From Deltaproteobacteria bacterium (GTDB lineage: Bacteria; Myxococcota_A; Polyangia; Polyangiales; Houyiibacteriaceae), in contig JAXMNT010000019.1 of NCBI GenBank assembly GCA_034670305.1, positions 1-64,000 on the forward strand: a stretch of 64,000 nt of DNA, in the 5' to 3' direction. Both the position numbers and the translations under genes were made by a program. The notes beneath the pieces were generated by a model that worked only from the letters and a program-made list of their open reading frames with translations, was not told the origin of the DNA and did no database searches. Position 1 is the stretch's first letter, and each line of letters starts with the position of its first letter. Shown in pieces: positions 29,701 to 38,617 of the stretch.

Positions 29701-29884
29701 GCTCCATGCCGTTGCAGAAGAGCCCGTCGTCGCATTCGTCGACGGTGGTGCAGCTCATCGCGCCATCGGCGCCCCCGCCGTCTACGGCCGAGCTGTCGTC
29801 TCCGCACCCAGTGCTCAACCCGGTCAACCCGGTGCTCAACGCCACCAGTCCAAGCACCACCCACGCGTACCGTCGATCCATCAC
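26735..29884 (-). CDS. Large lipoprotein with MopE-related putative metal-binding repeats and C-terminal RCC1 propeller
   Basis: Lipobox STGC; about 8 repeats D.DGDG.G...DCDD....PGA.E.CD..DNDCD; RCC1 repeats CWG.N..GQLG. Confidence 0.85.
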   Translation of the reverse strand: MMDRRYAWVVLGLVALSTGLTGLSTGCGDDSSAVDGGGADGAMSCTTVDECDDGLFCNGMEQCAPGAEEADGFGCVRGAPPCLEGQRCDEGADECTAQCDVIADADGDGVDAIACGGADCDDTNPSRFPGNTEVCDAANVDEDCDPTTFGDRDADGDGFVSDVCCNEGATGLNCGDDCSDERRDMRPGFAETCDFLDNDCDGLTDEGASVPGFRDMDHDLHGDPSMPITSCPGTREFSTVNDDCDDDDPEVHGAQLEICDSKDNDCDSLIDEAPAAVTWYVDEDGDRFGADSDRTIVSCEPIPDYSLRSSDCDDMDGERNPAARERCNAIDDDCDGRADFMIAPGNFEDDDGDGFPDRTCGGNDCDDADPTVYPGAPELCDGKDNDCDGVTDGDDAMAQWYLDLDGDGFGDETMPAIESCEPQPARIPRGGDCDDSDASIHPGAADRCDGVDQDCDTAIDENSVRFAYYVDTDGDGFGLSDGPIVFLCRDMAGRARNPGDCDDGANTTFPGAPELCDLNDNDCDEAVDEEAPQTYYPDSDGDGVGGSVGAIETCDPGPGFSLETGDCDDSDPQRAPGFTEDCDLIDNDCDSTVDEMADADCTAPNATGTCTAGACSIDMCTAGFFDCDTRFDSGCEVRTDTSPGHCGGCGNVCGVGDTCGRGTLGMCDESGVAQLVAGDDHTLLLRETGGLLGWGSNSADQLGLGSNVIPAPTVIGTYVGVSAANFHSCAIRPDRRLMCWGNNGNARLGDGTTANRAAPVPIAIDEVDQVAAAQENTCVLRGGEVFCWGQGLYGVLGTGVVGASRRTAPGPAVGGITDATAITAGRSTYCALRPLGGGGNRVQCWGRNQSGQLGRGHLGTGDATATPEDVIGLPSDVVALSTGMSDHFCAVHASGQVRCWGSSDSGALANGDTADSAAYSTPVLMRDGTGDINDGVEVCVSDNNSCVLRSTGVAGQFSVWCTGRDSGGQLADGNMTTNAVAVLQAALDGGAPIVDATHLACGSRSGTGHVCVRRADGRVMCWGTDLNGQIGDGLPLGGNHTPPTEVVGY

Positions 29885-29969
29885 GCCCCCCCAAGTCGAG
29901 AGGAGACTATCAGACCGGTGGCGTCCTCACCCGAGGACGAACCCGCGGTCAGACAGCCGTGGCTTTCAC

Positions 29970-30803
29970 CTACGCCTTGGCGAAGCGGTATTCGCTGCCG
30001 CGCACGGCGAGGCAGGCGAAGAACACGACAAAGAGGGTCAGTCCGAGAATCACGCTGACGCCGATCACCGGCGCGATCTCCGGCGCGGTCTCGGGCAGAA
30101 GCCCTTTCGGCTCGTAGCCGGCGATCTGTCGCGCGACGTAGTTCATGGAGACGCACCGGAAGTACCCGGGGAGAAAGCTGCAACAGAACTCGAGGATGCC
30201 GAGGTACATGCCAGCGATGACGCCGCTCGCGTCGGGGGTCAGGGCGCCCCAGAGCATACAGATCGCGCAATAGAACACGGTGAGTAGCGACAGTGCACCG
30301 AGGGTTCGCAACGTCTCTGGAAACGCCTCGAACATCGCGCTTGGTTCGGTGGCGTACCCGACGATGTGCAAGACGAGGCCGCTCGACACGATGAGGCCGA
30401 CCGCCAGCACCGCGCCGGCGCCGAACTTGCCGAGTGCGATCGCGAAACGGCCGATGGGCCGCGCGGCGAGGTAGGAGAACGTTCGGTTCTCGACTTCTTC
30501 GGAGATGGCGGCGCTCGTGAAGAGGAACGGCAGGAGGAAGGCGAGGAGCTTGAAGAAGCCCCAGCTGAATCCCTCGGCGATCGCTTCGGAGGCGAGTTCG
30601 ATCGAGCGGTCCGCGCCCACGTCCCGCTCGCTCGCGTAGCGTGCCGCGACGACCGCGAACACGACCAGCGCACAGGACACGGCGCCGAGTCGAAGTTTGC
30701 GTCCGCGAATCAGGCGCCGCAGCTGCATGCGGAACACCACCGACACACCGGTGCCGATCCCAGGTACCGGCGGCGGTCCAGCCCTTCGTGCGGTCTCGGT
30801 CAC
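29970..30803 (-). CDS. ABC-2 type transporter permease
   Basis: Six TM; AISEEVENRTFSYLAARPIGR..I.LGK. Confidence 0.85.
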   Translation of the reverse strand: MTETARRAGPPPVPGIGTGVSVVFRMQLRRLIRGRKLRLGAVSCALVVFAVVAARYASERDVGADRSIELASEAIAEGFSWGFFKLLAFLLPFLFTSAAISEEVENRTFSYLAARPIGRFAIALGKFGAGAVLAVGLIVSSGLVLHIVGYATEPSAMFEAFPETLRTLGALSLLTVFYCAICMLWGALTPDASGVIAGMYLGILEFCCSFLPGYFRCVSMNYVARQIAGYEPKGLLPETAPEIAPVIGVSVILGLTLFVVFFACLAVRGSEYRFAKA

Positions 30804-31894
30804 GACGACGACCCGCCCGGCGTGGCTTGCGGTTGGTACCCGCCCGGTGCCGCGCCTTGGGCAACCGCGGCGGCCGGGGGTGCGTGCGCGCTGCCGCCGC
30901 GGGCCCGACCGACACCGGCGTCCATGCCGGTGCCTGCGCCCGCGGTGCTGCGTTCGACCAAGTAGTGGAACAGCGCTTCCAGGTTGGCGTCGGGGCTCGT
31001 GATCGACTCGATCTCGAGCCCGTGCTCCACGACCTTCTCGGCAACGATTTGATAGGTCGCTTCCGGATCGTAGGTCATCAGTTCGACCGCACCCGCGGCA
31101 AAGGACACCGCCACGATGCCTTCGACGTCCAGGACCAGCGCGGCGAGCTTGCGTGGCTCCGGGCAGTACACGCGCACGTGGTGCGGGTGCTCCTCGAGCA
31201 GCCCGCGGATCTCGTGCATGTGCCCCTGCGCGACAAGCTGCCCGCGCGCGATCAGGAGCACCCGATCGGTGAGCGCTTCGATCTCTGGGAGCACGTGGGT
31301 CGAGAACAACACCACCGCGCCCGCTTCGGCGCGCCGCTTGACCTCTTCCAGGATCCGATGACGCGAGGCCGGGTCGGTGCCCGTGAGCGGTTCGTCCAGG
31401 AGGATCACGTCCGGATCATGCACCACGCATTGCGCGAGTTTGGCGCGCTGTCGCATGCCGCGGCTGTACCCGCCGATCCGCCGGTCCTTCGCGTCGACGA
31501 GTCCGAACGCGTCCAAACTCGACGCGGCGCGTTCGACCGCTTCCTTCTTCGAGAAGCCGCTGAGCTCCGCCATCAACGAGACGAACTCGAGCCCGGTCAA
31601 CTCGTCGTAGAGCGCATCGGCTTCCGGACACAGGCCGATCCGCCGAAGCGCCTTCGGGTTGCCGAACGGGCGCTCTCCACAGACCAGGATCTCGCCGAGC
31701 GCCGGCCGCAACTGACCGGCCGCGAGCTGAAGGAAGGTGGTCTTGCCCGAACCGTTCGGTCCGAGCAGTCCCCAGACGCCGGGCCCGAGGTGCAGCGACA
31801 CGTCTTGGAGCGCCGCGATGCGGCCGTACCACTTCGACAGACGCACCGCGCGGATGCTGACTTCGTGCTCGCCGGTTCCGGTCGAGTCGGTCAT
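30800..31894 (-). CDS. ABC transporter ATP-binding protein
   Basis: GPNGSGKTT, YSRGMRQR, ILLDEP, FSTH. Confidence 0.93.
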   Translation of the reverse strand: MTDSTGTGEHEVSIRAVRLSKWYGRIAALQDVSLHLGPGVWGLLGPNGSGKTTFLQLAAGQLRPALGEILVCGERPFGNPKALRRIGLCPEADALYDELTGLEFVSLMAELSGFSKKEAVERAASSLDAFGLVDAKDRRIGGYSRGMRQRAKLAQCVVHDPDVILLDEPLTGTDPASRHRILEEVKRRAEAGAVVLFSTHVLPEIEALTDRVLLIARGQLVAQGHMHEIRGLLEEHPHHVRVYCPEPRKLAALVLDVEGIVAVSFAAGAVELMTYDPEATYQIVAEKVVEHGLEIESITSPDANLEALFHYLVERSTAGAGTGMDAGVGRARGGSAHAPPAAAVAQGAAPGGYQPQATPGGSSS

Positions 31895-32757
31895 GTGATC
31901 ACCTCCGCGCCACGCAGGCGCGCGCGGGCCACCTGCAACGTGAGCGCGACGAACCCGGCGAGGATCGGGAGCGCGTGGTACCAGCGCAGCGCGTCTTCGC
32001 GGGTGACCTTGAACAAGGTGTCGCCGACAACGGCCAAGAGCGCCGGCAGCGAGACCAGTTTGAGCCAGGGCCAGTCACCGACCTCGTTGACGATCGCCGC
32101 GAGCACCCAGGGCACGAGAAAGAGCAGCATCCAGGCGCTCATCGTCAGGGCGCGGCTCTTCGAGAGCGAGGAGATCCCCACCGACCCCACGGACACCGTC
32201 GTCGCGATGATCACCGCGTGCAGAAATGCCGGCAGCATCAGTCCGAGCGACTCGAAACGCATCTCCGGCGTCGCGGTCCCGACCAGCAGAAGCGTGAGAA
32301 GAAAGCCGGGCAGAAACAGGATCGAGAAGACCCAGATCGCCACCGCCATGATGCGGCCGAGCAGGTACTGCGTCGGGGTGACCGGCTTCGCGAAGTAGAA
32401 CTGGAACGCGCGGTGGGTGAAGTCTTCGGAGATGGCGCTCGCCCCGGCGCCGAGCGAGATCATCAAGCCGAACAGCCACAACTGCCATCCGTAGAGGCTG
32501 TGCAGCAGGTCGCCGCCGTCGAGGGGTTCGACGACGCCGCCGAGCCCGTTGTTCGACATGCTGTTGTTCGCCATGTAGTGGATGCCGATGTAGGCGCCCA
32601 TGATCAGCGGCGGCACCCAGCACAGGAAGCCGGAGACCTTCACGAGCCAGGATCCCCACGCGCGGCCGAGGCCATGCCGCAACATCACCCAGGTGTTGTT
32701 GGAGGGCGGCAGGCGCTTGCCCTCGTAGGGCCGATACCCGAGATCGCGAATCGGCAT
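31891..32757 (-). CDS. ABC-2 type transporter permease
   Basis: MPIRDLGYRPYEG; AISED...FQFYFAKPVT..QYLLGR; multiple TM. Confidence 0.85.
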   Translation of the reverse strand: MPIRDLGYRPYEGKRLPPSNNTWVMLRHGLGRAWGSWLVKVSGFLCWVPPLIMGAYIGIHYMANNSMSNNGLGGVVEPLDGGDLLHSLYGWQLWLFGLMISLGAGASAISEDFTHRAFQFYFAKPVTPTQYLLGRIMAVAIWVFSILFLPGFLLTLLLVGTATPEMRFESLGLMLPAFLHAVIIATTVSVGSVGISSLSKSRALTMSAWMLLFLVPWVLAAIVNEVGDWPWLKLVSLPALLAVVGDTLFKVTREDALRWYHALPILAGFVALTLQVARARLRGAEVIT

Positions 32758-32816
32758 CGCGCGGACCTTAGTCGGCTGCCCCGCGGTAGAGCAAGCGAAC
32801 CGTTGGAGAGTGGTGC

Positions 32817-33242
32817 TCAGTTGAGCTGATACGGGTCGTCGGTGCCGGGCTCGGGCGCTCGCGTCGGCTGGGCCACCGGTGAGAGCGGCCCCGCTTGATG
32901 GTGCACGAGCCGCCAGTGCCCATCCTCCATCGTGAAAACGTTCGTGGCGATGAGCCGCGGTGGTTTGCCTTCGTTGCCCTCGAGGCAGGTCACGAACGCC
33001 GACGTGCCGAGCACGTGTACCTCCACCGCCGAACACGCGATGCGGGGCGCGTGGGGGTGCCGCAGGATGCCGCGCCAGCTCCGGATGACTTCATCCCGCC
33101 CGACGATCGCCGGCATGCCCGGGTGCATGCACGCAACCGGTGCGCTCTCCGCCCAGACCCTCTCCATGGCGACGGCGTCGCGGTCGCGAAAGGCGCGGTA
33201 GAAAGCCTCGTTGCTACGGCGCAGATCGTCTTCGAGCGTCAT
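32817..33242 (-). CDS. NTF2/SnoaL-like domain protein
   Basis: NEAFYRAF..RD..AM..VW...V.C.HPG, ATNVF, WRLVHHQA. Confidence 0.88.
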   Translation of the reverse strand: MTLEDDLRRSNEAFYRAFRDRDAVAMERVWAESAPVACMHPGMPAIVGRDEVIRSWRGILRHPHAPRIACSAVEVHVLGTSAFVTCLEGNEGKPPRLIATNVFTMEDGHWRLVHHQAGPLSPVAQPTRAPEPGTDDPYQLN

Positions 33243-33254
33243 GCGGGCAAAGGG

Positions 33255-33704
33255 TCAGCCTCGACCCTCACGCTCGACGGTGTCCGAGACCTCGTGCCCG
33301 ACCGCGACCTCGACACCAGACTTCGTGCGTTGGCGCCGGTTCGCCAAGAGGGCCCGCGCGAGATCCCGCACTTCGCCGAGCCGGCAAGGCTTGGTTCGAA
33401 TCTCGGCGAACAGGGGCCGCTCGTGAGGGACCACGTCCTCGGGCGTGCCCGTCAGCAGGATGGCGGGCGGCGCGTCCACGCCACGTTCGACGAGCGCGGC
33501 TCGAACGACGTCCGCACCGGTGCCGTCCGGGAGTCGATAGTCCAGCACCATCAAGTCCACGTGGACGATGTGGGGCAATGCAGCGCGCACCGTCGCGGAG
33601 ACCCGGACATCGAACCCCGCCTTCGTGAGGAGCCGCAGGAGCAGCTGCCGCATCGAAGGCTCGTCTTCGACCACGAGAATGGTGGGCGTGGGTGGGCTTT
33701 CCAC
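33255..33704 (-). CDS. Single-domain response regulator (receiver)
   Basis: ILVVEDE, VLDYRLPD (phospho-Asp), LLTG, KP; start approximate. Confidence 0.82.
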   Translation of the reverse strand: MESPPTPTILVVEDEPSMRQLLLRLLTKAGFDVRVSATVRAALPHIVHVDLMVLDYRLPDGTGADVVRAALVERGVDAPPAILLTGTPEDVVPHERPLFAEIRTKPCRLGEVRDLARALLANRRQRTKSGVEVAVGHEVSDTVEREGRG

Positions 33705-33818
33705 CCCGCGATATTGAACCTTCGCGGCGGTTCTGTCGAATGGCACCGCCACAAGACCCCCTTAGCCCCCTCGAAGGCGCGCCAAACCGCGTTTGGGGGC
33801 TGCGGAGCGGGGCAGGGA

Positions 33819-33835
33819 TTGGCATGCTCTCCGCC
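33819..33835 (+). promoter_or_regulatory. Possible sigma54 -24/-12 promoter
   Basis: TTGGCATGCTCTCCGC has GG-N10-GC spacing; good -24 box, weak -12 box. Confidence 0.3.
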
Positions 33836-35284
33836 TTGCCGTCGGAAAACACCTCAGCCCGGGAACCTCGGGGGCCCGTCGAGCGTCCACCCTCCGTGCA
33901 GGAACCCGTGGCAGACGGCGCCGCTGCAGGCACTGGAGTCGGTGCGGCCGCGGCGACCGAAGGAGCATCCGGCGGCTGGAGAAGCCGTCTTCGGCGCGGC
34001 GCGCGTCGGGTCGCCGATTGGTTTCCGTGGACACCGCTCGGTCTCGGGCTCGCGGTCGCGGCGGCGGTGGCGCTGGTGCATTTCGCGTACGCGCGGCTGG
34101 ACCTGGTGCTGCTGGTGGTCGGCTACGGCGCCGCGGCACTCGCGATCCTGTCGAGCATCGCCGTCGTGCTCACCGCCCTCTGGATCGGGCGCGACCTGCG
34201 GCGCTTGCCCACCGAGCGGGTGGAGCTCGCCCTCGAGACGCACCAGCCGCGGCGCACCCGTTTCCAACTGCGTCGTCGCGCGTGGCTTCCGCTCGTTCGG
34301 GTGCGGTGGATGGCCGAATCACCGGCCGCCCTCGAGGTCCGTCCGCGACAAATCGACGGACTGCTTCGAGAGGACGTGACCGCACACCTCCGAGGACGAC
34401 GCACGCATCTGCGCCGACGCATCGTCGTCGAAGACGTGTTCGGGCTGGCCCGCCTCGGCCTGCGCCACACGAGCGAAGAGGTGACGACCACCCTCCCCCA
34501 CAAAGGCGCGCTCAAGCACCTGCCTTCGTTGCTCGCGACGAGCGGCGGCGACGACTGGCCGCATCCACTCGGGGTGGCCAACGGAGATCGGCTCGAACTT
34601 CGCCGGTACGCGCCGGGCGACCCGGCCCGCTTCATTCACTGGAAAGTGTTCGCGCGGACTCGGAAGCTCGTCGTGCGTCTGCCCGAACGCGCCCTCTCCC
34701 GCGCCCACCGGACGGTCGCCTACCTCGTCGCCGGAAGCGGTGACTCCGCTTCGGCCGCCGCCGCGCGGGTCGCCATCGAGTCGGCAGCGTTCGGAGACGA
34801 CTGGGCGTTCGGCGCAGATGGCGCGTCGCCAGGTCAGCCCGCGACCTCCGTGGCGGCTGCGCGGGAGATGATCGTGTCCTCGGTGGCCCACCGCGCCGCA
34901 GGGGCCGTTGGACTCGAACGATTCCTCGCCGCGGAAGAAACCCGAGGACCCGCATCCATCGTGCTCTTCGTGCCGCCGGAACCGGGCGCGTGGCTGCCTT
35001 TGGTCGTGCACGCGTGCAAACGGCGGCCGGGCCGGGTGCGCCTCGTGGTGGCGGTCGACGGACTCGCCGAACCCCGTCGCTGGCCTTGGTGGCGCTCGAT
35101 GTTCTCGCGCCCGCCCGCCGAGGAAGCCTCCTCGGCCACGGCGCTCGAAACCGTCCTCACCAGCCTCCACGCGACGCGGGGACCGGTGCTCGTGGTGGAT
35201 CGCCGCACCGGTCGCGCGCTCGGAGAAGCGCATCGGCGCGCGGTCACGGTCAAGCCGTCCCAGGCCAAGCGAGCGGCCGCATGA
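33824..35284 (+). CDS. DUF58 domain membrane protein (MoxR-associated)
   Basis: EDVFGL, LRRYAPGDPARFIHWKVFAR; two N-terminal TM; start may be GTG 33896 or later. Confidence 0.85.
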   Translation: MLSALPSENTSAREPRGPVERPPSVQEPVADGAAAGTGVGAAAATEGASGGWRSRLRRGARRVADWFPWTPLGLGLAVAAAVALVHFAYARLDLVLLVVGYGAAALAILSSIAVVLTALWIGRDLRRLPTERVELALETHQPRRTRFQLRRRAWLPLVRVRWMAESPAALEVRPRQIDGLLREDVTAHLRGRRTHLRRRIVVEDVFGLARLGLRHTSEEVTTTLPHKGALKHLPSLLATSGGDDWPHPLGVANGDRLELRRYAPGDPARFIHWKVFARTRKLVVRLPERALSRAHRTVAYLVAGSGDSASAAAARVAIESAAFGDDWAFGADGASPGQPATSVAAAREMIVSSVAHRAAGAVGLERFLAAEETRGPASIVLFVPPEPGAWLPLVVHACKRRPGRVRLVVAVDGLAEPRRWPWWRSMFSRPPAEEASSATALETVLTSLHATRGPVLVVDRRTGRALGEAHRRAVTVKPSQAKRAAA

Positions 35285-37512
35285 GCGCGACCGAACCCGC
35301 AGAGCACCCGCGCACAGAGGCGCCCGAGCGTCCGCCCTCCACGTGGTTCTCGACTTCGTTGCGGGCGCTCGCCCATTTCATCGCGGGCGGGGTGTTCGCG
35401 TTTCCGCTCGCGGGCGGCGGCGCGGTGCTCTCTGCTGCGTTCGGCGGATTGTTCGGTGCAGCGATCGCCCCGCGCATCGCACGCACCCCACTCCGACTTC
35501 CCGCCATCGCGCTGATGGGTGCGTTGACGTTCGCGCTGGCGGTGGGCGCGCGCTGGTTCGCGGTCGACACGCTCTGGCTTGCGCCGAGCTTGGGCCCGGC
35601 GGCGGCGCTCCGCCTCGGCGACTCGCTCTCCTTCTTCATGGGCGTCAGCGCGGTGAGTCTGACGCTGCGCAGTTTCTCCCTGCGGCGCTCCGGCTTCGCG
35701 GCGCTCGAGGTCGGCGCGATCGGGCTCGCGTTCGCGCAGCTGGTGGTCGCGCACCGGCATGGCGCCATCAACCGCCCGTTCGAACTCGCCGACTCGATCA
35801 TCGCTGCCGGAGGGGATCCCACCCACTTCTTCCTTGGTGTCGGCGCGGTCGGCACCGCGGTGGTGGTCCTCTTGCTGCTTGGGGAGACCCACCCAGGTCG
35901 GGCGCTCCTGCATCTCGGCGCGGTGGCCCTGCTGCTCTTTCTGTTTCTCGGCGTCGGGGGCGCCATGAAACTCCCCGAACCGCCGCCGGGCGGCATGGGC
36001 CTCGGTCTGCGTCCCGAAGACGGTGAAGGCGAGGGCGATCCGCAGGAAGCCGAAGGCCAACCGCAGGACGGACAAGGGTCGGAATCCCAGGAGCCACAGA
36101 ACGACGACGAGCTCGAGTTTCGCGACGACCTCGACACCTCGAGCGACCGGGTCCCGGTGGCGGTCGTGCTCTTTCACGACGACTACCACGCGCCGACCGG
36201 CGTCTACTACCTACGCCAGGGCGCGTTCAGCCAGTACAACGGCCAGCGGCTGGTGACCGCCGTCGACGCGGCCTCCGACGACGACGTCGCGCGCGATTTC
36301 CCTGTGCGCCGGACCGACGTCGCGGGCGCCCCGGACCTCAATGCATTCCGGGCGTCGGTCGACACCACCGTGGCGCTCCTCGCAGACCACACCCGTCCGT
36401 TCGGGCTCGAGTCTCCGGTCACCTTCACCCCGGCGCGCAACCCAGACCCCAACCGGTTCCGGCGCGTGTACCGCGTGACCTCCGCGGTGCTCACCGCCGA
36501 CTTCGCTTCGATGGTCGATCGCGACGCAGGCAACGCCGACTGGTCGCCCGAAGACTGGGCCCACTACACCCGCGCCCCCGACGATCCACGGTACGCGGAC
36601 CTGGCCAACCGCATCGTGGCCGACGAGCTCCCCGAACATCTTCGCGAGAGCCCCGCGGCACGCATCGCCGCGATCACCAGTTGGCTCGGTCGCCGCGGCA
36701 CGTACTCGCTCCAGAGTCGGCACGCGTCGGCCGAAGATCCCACGGCCGATTTTCTCTTCGGCGACATCACTGGCTACTGCGTGCACTTTGCCCACGCGGC
36801 GACGTACCTGTTCCGCGCGAGCGGACTGCCCGCGCGCGTCGCCACCGGCTACGCGATCGAAGAGTCCAACCGAGCAGGCGGCTCCGCCCTGCTCGTCGCC
36901 GGCGATGCGTCGCATGCGTGGCCGGAGGTGTACATCGACGGAATCGGCTGGGTCATCGCCGATGTCTCCCCCGCCACCGTCATCTCGCCCCCGGGCCCGC
37001 CACCGGACGCCGACTTGCAGCGGCTGCTCGGAGAGCTCGCGCGCGGTTTGGAGAACGTGCCGCCGGAAGAAGACGACCCGCTCCCCGCATTCGTCGCGGC
37101 GGCGCGGGGCGCTGCGTGGTGGCTGCTCCTGGTCTCGCTGCCACTGGCCGTGCTCGCGTTCTTCCTGCTGTTCGGCGTGAAGATCTGGCGCCGGCTCGCG
37201 CCCGCGTTCGCGCCGCCGGCTGCCCGACCCCGGGTGGTCTACCGCGCGTCGCTGGACCGGCTCAGCGACCTCGCGATTCGAAGACGACGCGGAGAGAGCC
37301 GCGAAGCGTTCGCGCGAAGAGTTCGCGAGGTCGCACCCACCTTCGGTCCCCTGACCGCGGGACACGTGGGCGCGGCCTTTGGTAGCCGACGGCCGCCGAC
37401 CGAACTGGAGCGGCAAGCGGCGCAGATCCAGCGCGAACTCGAGCAGCGCTTTCCCTGGTGGCGTCGCGCGCTCGGTTGGCTCACCCCGTGGTCGTGGATG
37501 TTCTCGCGATGA
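35281..37512 (+). CDS. Multi-TM transglutaminase-like (TgpA-type) protein
   Basis: FLF...GYCVHFA, GLPARVATGY, SHAWPEVYIDGIGW..AD; ATGA overlap with the DUF58 gene. Confidence 0.88.
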   Translation: MSATEPAEHPRTEAPERPPSTWFSTSLRALAHFIAGGVFAFPLAGGGAVLSAAFGGLFGAAIAPRIARTPLRLPAIALMGALTFALAVGARWFAVDTLWLAPSLGPAAALRLGDSLSFFMGVSAVSLTLRSFSLRRSGFAALEVGAIGLAFAQLVVAHRHGAINRPFELADSIIAAGGDPTHFFLGVGAVGTAVVVLLLLGETHPGRALLHLGAVALLLFLFLGVGGAMKLPEPPPGGMGLGLRPEDGEGEGDPQEAEGQPQDGQGSESQEPQNDDELEFRDDLDTSSDRVPVAVVLFHDDYHAPTGVYYLRQGAFSQYNGQRLVTAVDAASDDDVARDFPVRRTDVAGAPDLNAFRASVDTTVALLADHTRPFGLESPVTFTPARNPDPNRFRRVYRVTSAVLTADFASMVDRDAGNADWSPEDWAHYTRAPDDPRYADLANRIVADELPEHLRESPAARIAAITSWLGRRGTYSLQSRHASAEDPTADFLFGDITGYCVHFAHAATYLFRASGLPARVATGYAIEESNRAGGSALLVAGDASHAWPEVYIDGIGWVIADVSPATVISPPGPPPDADLQRLLGELARGLENVPPEEDDPLPAFVAAARGAAWWLLLVSLPLAVLAFFLLFGVKIWRRLAPAFAPPAARPRVVYRASLDRLSDLAIRRRRGESREAFARRVREVAPTFGPLTAGHVGAAFGSRRPPTELERQAAQIQRELEQRFPWWRRALGWLTPWSWMFSR

Positions 37513-37573
37513 CTCACCGCACGGCCCGGGCCATGCACGTTGGATGCACGATGAAGATGGAACAGGATTGATC

Positions 37574-38617
37574 ATGGAAGCGATGCCACAAGAGTCCGAG
37601 ACCACCGACGGCCGTCCTGAGGGCGATGCATTGGAACAGGCGCACAGCGTGGTCACGCGCCTCTCGCACCGACTGCGCGCCGCCGTGCTCGGTCGAGAGG
37701 AAGTCATCGAACTCGTGTTGGTCGCGCTCATCGCCGACGGGCACGTCTTGCTCGAGGACTTTCCGGGCTCGGGCAAGACCACGCTGGCGCGCGCGCTCGG
37801 TTCGTCGATCGTGCAGGACCCGCCGCTGGTGATCGACGGAGTGACCATCGCGAGTTTCCGGCGCATCCAGTTCACGCCCGACCTGCTGCCGAGCGACATC
37901 ACCGGTACGAACGTGTTCGACCTCGAGGCCTCGCGGTTCGACTTCCGCCCTGGTCCGCTCTTCGCGCACATCGTGCTCGCGGATGAGATCAACCGAACCT
38001 CGCCAAAGGTGCAGTCGGCGATGCTCGAGGCGATGGGCGAGAAGCAGATCACCGCCGACGAGAAGACGCATCCGCTCGACGACTTCTTCTTCGTCATCGC
38101 GACCCAGAACCCCGTCGATCTCGCCGGAACGTACCCGCTGCCTACGCCGCAGCTCGATCGCTTCCTCTTCAAGATCCAGATGACCCACATCGAACGCGAC
38201 GCGGAGCTCGAGGTGCTCGACGCCTATCCGGTTCCGACCCTGAAACAGGCCGAAGCCCTCCCCGGTGCGACCCGCCAGGAAGTCATGGACGCCCGCGCCG
38301 CGGTGCGCGCCGAAGTCAACCTTGCGCCGATCGTGAAAGAAGCGCTGGTCGACACGGCACGCGCACTCCGATCCGACCCGCGCGTGCTCCAGGGCGCATC
38401 CACCCGGTCGCTCGTGCTCGCCATGCCCGCACTGCAAGCTCGGGCACTCATCCGAGGACGCGACTACGTCGGCCCGGAGGATCTTGAAGCGCTCGCACCG
38501 CGCATCTTCCCGCACCGTCTGGAGCTCGCGCCAGGCAGCGAAGACCCGATGGCGGTCGTGCGCGACGCCATGGCCCCGCAACTCGAACGGCTGGCGCGGG
38601 CGAGTTTGAAACGGTGA
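37574..38617 (+). CDS. moxR: MoxR-family AAA+ ATPase
   Basis: GHVLLEDFPGSGKT, RIQFTPDLLPSD, LADEINR, IATQNP, YPLP.PQLDRF. Confidence 0.93.
   Translation: MEAMPQESETTDGRPEGDALEQAHSVVTRLSHRLRAAVLGREEVIELVLVALIADGHVLLEDFPGSGKTTLARALGSSIVQDPPLVIDGVTIASFRRIQFTPDLLPSDITGTNVFDLEASRFDFRPGPLFAHIVLADEINRTSPKVQSAMLEAMGEKQITADEKTHPLDDFFFVIATQNPVDLAGTYPLPTPQLDRFLFKIQMTHIERDAELEVLDAYPVPTLKQAEALPGATRQEVMDARAAVRAEVNLAPIVKEALVDTARALRSDPRVLQGASTRSLVLAMPALQARALIRGRDYVGPEDLEALAPRIFPHRLELAPGSEDPMAVVRDAMAPQLERLARASLKR

Noticed and set aside
26735-29884. True MopE-type copper uptake system with the di-heme enzyme
   Set aside because: The repeats are Asp/Cys-rich generic metal-binding motifs, not the kynurenine copper domain, and three unrelated genes separate the loci.
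37522-37537. Sigma54 site CGGCCCGGGCCATGCA before moxR
   Set aside because: Correct spacing but too GC-generic to distinguish from chance.
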